64,000 bases of DNA from Mobula hypostoma. Lineage: Eukaryota. The position numbers were made by a program, and so were the translations under genes. The stretch lies in the NCBI RefSeq assembly GCF_963921235.1, contig NC_086108.1, forward strand, positions 30,196,001 to 30,260,000. The letters run 5' to 3'. Below the pieces are notes generated by a model. It saw only the letters and a program-made list of their open reading frames with translations, searched no databases and was not told where the DNA came from. Of the stretch, positions 58,071 through 64,000 are shown in pieces. Every line of letters begins with the position of its first letter. The stretch's first letter is position 1.

Positions 58071-59939
58071 TAAGGATTTTTTAAAAGATTTGCTTTATTT
58101 GTCGCGTGTATATTGAAGCATAGTGTGAAATATATTGTTTTCATTAATGACCAGCACAGTCCAAGGGTTGCTGGAGACAGCCTGCCTCTGTCACCATTTT
58201 CCTAGCATGCCCACAATTTACTAATCCTAATTTCTATCTTTTTGGAATGTGGGAGGACTCTAGAGCGCCTGGATGAAACCTATGCAGTCACAGGGAGAAT
58301 GTACAAGCTCCTTACAGACAGCAATGGGAAATAGAGCAACACATACAAAATGGTGGAGGAAATCAGTAGGTCAGACAGCATCTATGGAAAAATCTCGGCA
58401 AGTCTGAGCCCAGATCGCTGGCGCCAAAAAAGCATTATGTTATTTGCCACGCTACAGCGCCCACCCAATTCCTTCTATCGATCCAGATTTCAAAATCAAC
58501 CTCCTTACCCATAATAGTGTTAATTCGAAATAAATACATTTTAGCACATCATTTGCACCACGATTGTTAGCTAGTCCCTTGCTGTCCTTCCTCTTGGTCT
58601 GACTTGATAAACCTTATTTCTTGCTCTCAACTTTACTAACAGTTGTTTTGCTGCAGTGCTTCCCATCACCCCTGCCACTCTAGTTTAAATGCTCATGATT
58701 GAAGACTGATCCTTCTGGACGTAATCAGTGCAGAGAAGGAAGGCACATAACCTTCTTCTCTGAATGGGAAGGAATGGAAAAGACAAACTTCTGTGGTGTC
58801 TTTCAATTCACAAGGTGTGTGGGTGATGAACATAATGAACATTCTGCTTTATCAGCAAGGCAATGATAGGATATAATAACAATATGACTGATGTATGCAG
58901 CGGCATCTCATAAGTTATTTTATCATGTAACTGAGGACCTCAAAGAACCTCAAAGTGTCTGCACCACTTAATGCCATGTTCCTGGTGACGACTTTACTGA
59001 CCACAACCTGGTCCACTTTTATCTTCTCCATCAGTCTGACCCCAGAATATCAGTGTCAATGAAGCATTGTGCAGATCAATCTTGGAGCTCTCAAGGACAA
59101 TACAAGCTTGACTTATGTCAGACAGTGCCACACAAGCAATCTATCAGCTTGTAACCCATAAGGAGGCCTAATGCATTCACCACTTATAGACAGTTTTCCT
59201 GAAGGCAATAGGAACAGCTCTATAGACTTGTGAAAGCAGAAAGCCAGAGAAAATTGCAGGACCTAATTAACAGATGGAGGATAGAGAGAGTGAAGAGGGC
59301 GCAGAAGCTCATTGATTGAAACCATATGAAATGGGTTCTTCAATGCTCTAAAAGCCATTCTGAAGTACCTCCCTGATGAGAGATAAGGATGGGATAAGCT
59401 CATCAGGAGCAAAAGCACAAGCTGGGAAGAACACTCTGAGGACCGCCTCGAGACTAACTCCATCCTTGAGTGCACTTGACTCCACACCACGGTAACCGAA
59501 CTGGGAAGAAGCTGAGAAGGTCATATTGCAGCGGAGGGGTTACGCAGTATTAGAGGTGACGTTTTCCACATGAAACTTTACATTGAAATTACTTCCACCA
59601 GTGGTTCATTGGTACTATTTTGAAGTAAACTGTTGAGTTAATCACATACAGCATTGTTTCCTTGCTCACTGTTTCTTTTGGAAAACCCCATCTTTGCCAT
59701 GTTGATGCCTGTGAGATCTTTCTCTGTACAGAATTGTTGACGTGCTACTTTCACTGGCTGTATGTCTTTAGGGGTATTTTGAAAATGTTGTAAAAGGTGC
59801 TGTATAATTGGTAACTGTTTCACTATCATTTGTGTAGCTTTTGGAATTGGCTGCTCCCTGGGTCTTCCCAACTGAATTTGTGCACACCAGATGGTGCTTT
59901 GCATATTTGTTTTCCTTATGGGTAAAAATGTAGATTCCG

Positions 59940-60890
59940 GGACCTCTACTTTTCAAGATTTTTATTAATCACCTGGATGTAGGGGTAGAAGGGTGGGTTG
60001 GCAAGTTTGCAGACGACACAAAGGCTGGTGGTGTTGTGGATAGTGTAGAGGATTGTCGAAGATTGCAGAGAGACATTGATAGGATGCAGAAATGGGCTGA
60101 GAAGTGGCAGATGGAGTTCAACCCGGAGAAGTGTGAAGTGGTACACTTTGGAAGAACAAACTCCAAGGCAGAGTACAAAGTAAATGGCAGGATACTTGGT
60201 AGTGTGGAGGAGCAGAGGGATCTGGGGGTACATGTCCACAGATCCCTGAAAGTTGCCTCACAGGTAGGTAGGGTAGTTAAGAAAGCTTATGGTGTGTTAG
60301 CTTTCATAAGTCGAGGGATAGAGTTTAAGAGTCGCGATATAATGATGCAGCTCTATAAAACTCTGGTTAGGCCACACTTGGAGTACTGTGTCCAGTTCTG
60401 GTCGCCTCACTATAGGAAGGATGTGGAAGCATTGGAAAGGGTACAGAGGAGATTTACCAGGGTGCTGCCTAGTTAGAGAGTATGCATTATGATCAGAGAT
60501 TAAAAGAGCTAGGGCTTTACTCTTTGGAGTGAAGGAGGATGAGAGGAGACATGATAGAGATGTACAAGATAATAATAGATAGAGTGGATAGCCAGCGCCT
60601 CTTCCCCAGGGCACCTCTGCTCAATACAGGAGGACATGGCTTTAAGATAAGGGGTGGGAAGTTCAAGGGGGATATTAGAGGAAGGTTTTTTACTCAGAGT
60701 GGTTAGTGCGTGGAATGCACTGCCTGAGTCAGTGGTGGAGGCAGATACACTAGTGAAATTTAAGAGACTACTAGATGAGTATATGGAGGAATTTAAGGTG
60801 GGGGGGTTGTATGGGAGGCAGGGTTTAAGGTTCAGCACAACATTGTGGGCTGAAGGGCCTATACTGAGCTGTACTATTCTATGTTCTATA
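59940..60890 (+). mobile_element. 5'-truncated CR1, same subfamily as 26162-27672
   Basis: ORF 60036-60476 is nearly identical to 26820-27250. Confidence 0.93.
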
Positions 60891-61159
60891 ATGAGGAACA
60901 TTCTTGTTTACTTCCCACTCAACTTTCTATTATTCTCAATTATTAGCTTTGGTGATTACCTTTGATTTGGAATGTTTGACAGATAATGATAATAGCATCT
61001 TTTATATTTCAGACTGTTTAAAACCATTTTACAGTTAATACTATTTTTTGATGTTTAGTAACATTAGAAATACAAGAGTTAATTTGAATGTAGTGTTACG
61101 GTGTAAGCAACAATGTTACTGATTACTTCTGATAACTGAACAGCACAGAGGATTATAAG

Positions 61160-61710
61160 TCACTGGTGAAGGCTCACTTGGAGTATTGTGAGCAGTTTTG
61201 GGCCCCTTTTTTGAGAAAGGATGTGCAAACATTGGAGGAGGTTCATGAGAGTGATTTCGGAAATGGAAGGTTTTATATATGAGGAGCGATTGATGGCTCT
61301 GGGCCTTGACTCACTGAAATTTAGAAGAATGGGAGAATGGGGCGGGGGGGGGAATCTCATTGAAACCTATCGAATGTTGAAAGGCCTAAATAGATTGGAT
61401 GTGGAGAGGATATTTCCTACAGTGGGTGAGTCTAGGACCAGAGGGTACAGCCTCATAGAAGCACGTCCATTTAGAACCGGGATGAGGAGGAATTTCTTTA
61501 TATGAGGGTGGTGAATCACAGGCAGCTGTGGAGGCCACATCATTGGGTATATTGAAGGCAGAGGTTGATTGGTTCTTGATTAGTCCAGGTGTGAAAGGAT
61601 ACAGGGAAAAGGCAGGAGAATGAGATTGAGAAGGAAAGGGATCAGCCATGAAATGACAGTAGACTCAATAGGTCGATTGGCCTAATTCTGCTTCTATGTC
61701 TTATGGTCTA
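61160..61710 (+). mobile_element. CR1 3' fragment
   Basis: [22 protein letters not shown] and a (tcttatg) tail. Confidence 0.85.
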
Positions 61711-62236
61711 ATTAATGTTGATTGAGAGACCTATCTAGGTTGGGTCACCAGGGATAGCTAACCTCTGCTCTTTAAATAAAGACATGGCATCTTTTACATT
61801 CATCTGGGTCGCAGGCTAGGCTTTGGTTTTACATCTCATGAGAAACGAATCACTGCTGATGCTGCAGTTTTTCCACTGTTGCACTGAAGTTCCAGCATCA
61901 TACCTTTCAATATATTTTCCTAATCAAACACTGCCAGCTCTCCATTTCATGGTTCCCTTTGTTGTTAGATTTAAGACCCTAGATTCTAATTGAGCTTTAT
62001 CACTTCCATACTCATTCTACTTTACAGTCAACCATCTACTTTTGTATCATAGCTAAACTTTAGTCATGTCTCTTATATTTAAGTTTACATAATTAGTAAA
62101 GACTTCTAAAAGGAAGTGATGAAGTTCTGAGGTCTTTAAAATGCTACTGGTGATTATTTTTCTCTAACAAAATCACCCCTCAACTATTACCCTTTGTTTC
62201 CTGCTACTGTTAATTTTGATTCCAAATTGCTAACTA

Positions 62237-63135
62237 CAAGTTGAGTACCCCTTATCTGAAATTCTAAAATCTGAAATCTTGGGTGCTGAGATGACGTCAC
62301 AAACAGAAAATTCCACAAGGCACTGCGAAGGTTCCCAGGTGACGTGCAGGTCTCTGTGCATCACAGATAGTTCTGAGAAGTGACCTCACATATGTAATGA
62401 GTGAAAGTTAATAGAAAATAGAAAAACACTGTATAAGGCGAAAAATGAAGAAATCAATATTGTTTTGAAATAATAGATTCATCAGTGTTGAAGCGAACAT
62501 GTGCTACTTAACGGTATTCTGATCATGAAACAAGCAAAGATTTGTCACAGCAAACTGGAAACTGAAGGTAATTGTAAGCATTCGTCAGGCTGGTTTTAGT
62601 AATTTAAGAAACGTCACCACATTAAATTTTTTAAGATTTAAAAAGTTTAAAAGATAAAGCGTCTGCTGGTCATGAAGCATCCATTGATAAGTTTGTGAAG
62701 ATCATTACTAATGAAAATCTAACATCTGAACAAGACTACACTGCTGATTGTTTTTATATCTTGTATAAAACCTTAAAAAAAGTCAAGTACAAATAGAGTG
62801 TATTGTAACCTTTTAATCACAACACGGCATTGTAGGTGGAGACAGAACACCTGTCATTGTTTGTTGCTTAACAGCTGATTCAGGTATTCTCCTGATGCTG
62901 CTTTTGTTACCCTGCACACAGTATATTTTCATGATATTGATGGTGTGTAATAAGATTTCTTTTAAATACATAATGTGTGATGAACAAGCGTGAGATAGAA
63001 ACTGCTTATTGTAGCACATAAATTCAGAGTCAGGAATGATGGCGACCCCAAGCTACCCCATTAAATTTTCCAAAATCCAAAAAAATCTGAAACCCTTCCA
63101 TCCCCAATCATTTTAGATAAGGGGTACTCAACCTG
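62237..63135 (+). mobile_element. pogo/Tigger-like internally deleted DNA transposon
   Basis: TA|CAAGTTGAGTACCCCTTATCT...AGATAAGGGGTACTCAACCTG|TA. CENP-B HTH remnant SSGWF*.FKKRHHIKF and ENLTSEQDYTAD. Confidence 0.85.
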
Positions 63136-63917
63136 TACTAATCTCTATTACAGATTTATTTAAGTACTTGTATCTAAACTCCCCAATTGGACTGTTGGGA
63201 TTAGAATTTGCAATTCTGAATTAGTGATACTAATCCATTTAAATATTGTGTGTACTGGGTCATGTAATCTATACGTTTTGTAAAAAAAAAAGTCTTCTTA
63301 GCTGATCTAGCCTTTTTCACATAGAGTTATGGAAGTCTGAAATTTGCTGCTCTTAAAGGCTACTAGAGGTAGAAAGTGGATGCCTTACCCTAAAAAGACT
63401 GTGGTCAGAGTAGGATTAACATTCTTGTGTGCGGCAGATTTTTATGAATCTGATTAGAACAGCAGAGGAAGTTGGCTCATAATCTCTACATGGAGCACAG
63501 TGCCAAATTGAACCATCTCTTCAGCCTGTACATGATCTTCACCCCTCAATTTCCTGGGTATTCATGGTCTATCTAACAGTTTCTTTTACACTACAGGGAA
63601 CACTTGTAACATTTTATGAACAAGGCTTTGGTCATATGCTCAACTGGTTTTTGAGTGTTATACTCATATCTAATGCAATGTTCTTTTGCGGTTGACAAAC
63701 AAATTTGCTGTTTTACTCTATGAAGAAAGTTGTTTTTTTCTGTATGATGTGTGAACCCTATGTCTGCATAGAAGATAATTTTGCAGGTCATATACAGATG
63801 ATGTCTGTTACCTGTGCACCACTCATTTGCGCACTTGCAGCTAATACTGGATTCTGTTTTACTGCTTTGGAACCGTTGAGAGATTCTCATAAGACTCTAG
63901 GTTCCTGTTGCACTCCA

Positions 63918-64000
63918 GATTAGACCACAAGACATAGGAGCAGAATTAGGCCATTCAGCCCATCGAGTCTGCTCTGCCATTCCATCATGGCTGATCCCGG
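63918..64000 (-). mobile_element. CR1 3' terminus (continues beyond the window)
   Basis: gacataggagcagaattaggccattcagcccatcgagtctgct is the reverse complement of the CR1 3' hairpin/tail. Confidence 0.75.

Noticed and set aside
59638..59956. Two minus-strand ORFs in TADA1 intron 1
   Set aside because: No recognisable protein similarity or exon structure, and they do not match TADA1 exon 2.

Overview
Eukaryotic, repeat-dense vertebrate genomic DNA. The repeat spectrum (many CR1 LINEs, HE1/V-SINE-like SINEs, Penelope elements, Rex/Babar) suggests a cartilaginous fish, probably a ray; that is an inference. Two host genes diverge head-to-head about 28.6 kb apart. Peroxiredoxin-6 (PRDX6) lies on the minus strand: coding exons 1-3 are at 25784-25696, 9511-9355 and 6538-6392, and exons 4-5 were not found. 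TADA1 coding exon 1 lies on the plus strand at 54354-54427 in a CpG island. Most of the remainder is transposable element sequence, often nested: several CR1 subfamilies (one near full length), Rex/Babar, L1 3' ends and an ORF1-only L1-like element, RTE-related pieces, Penelope-like elements carrying type I hammerhead ribozyme motifs, an IR/DR Tc1 transposon, a pogo/Tigger element, a Chapaev3-like element, hAT, Tc1 and Harbinger-like MITEs, and a solo LTR with a 4-bp TSD. The most notable observation is a Penelope hammerhead with an intact catalytic core in sense orientation inside PRDX6 intron 1. I cannot show that the window contains a wholly new system; the candidates are ranked as hypotheses.
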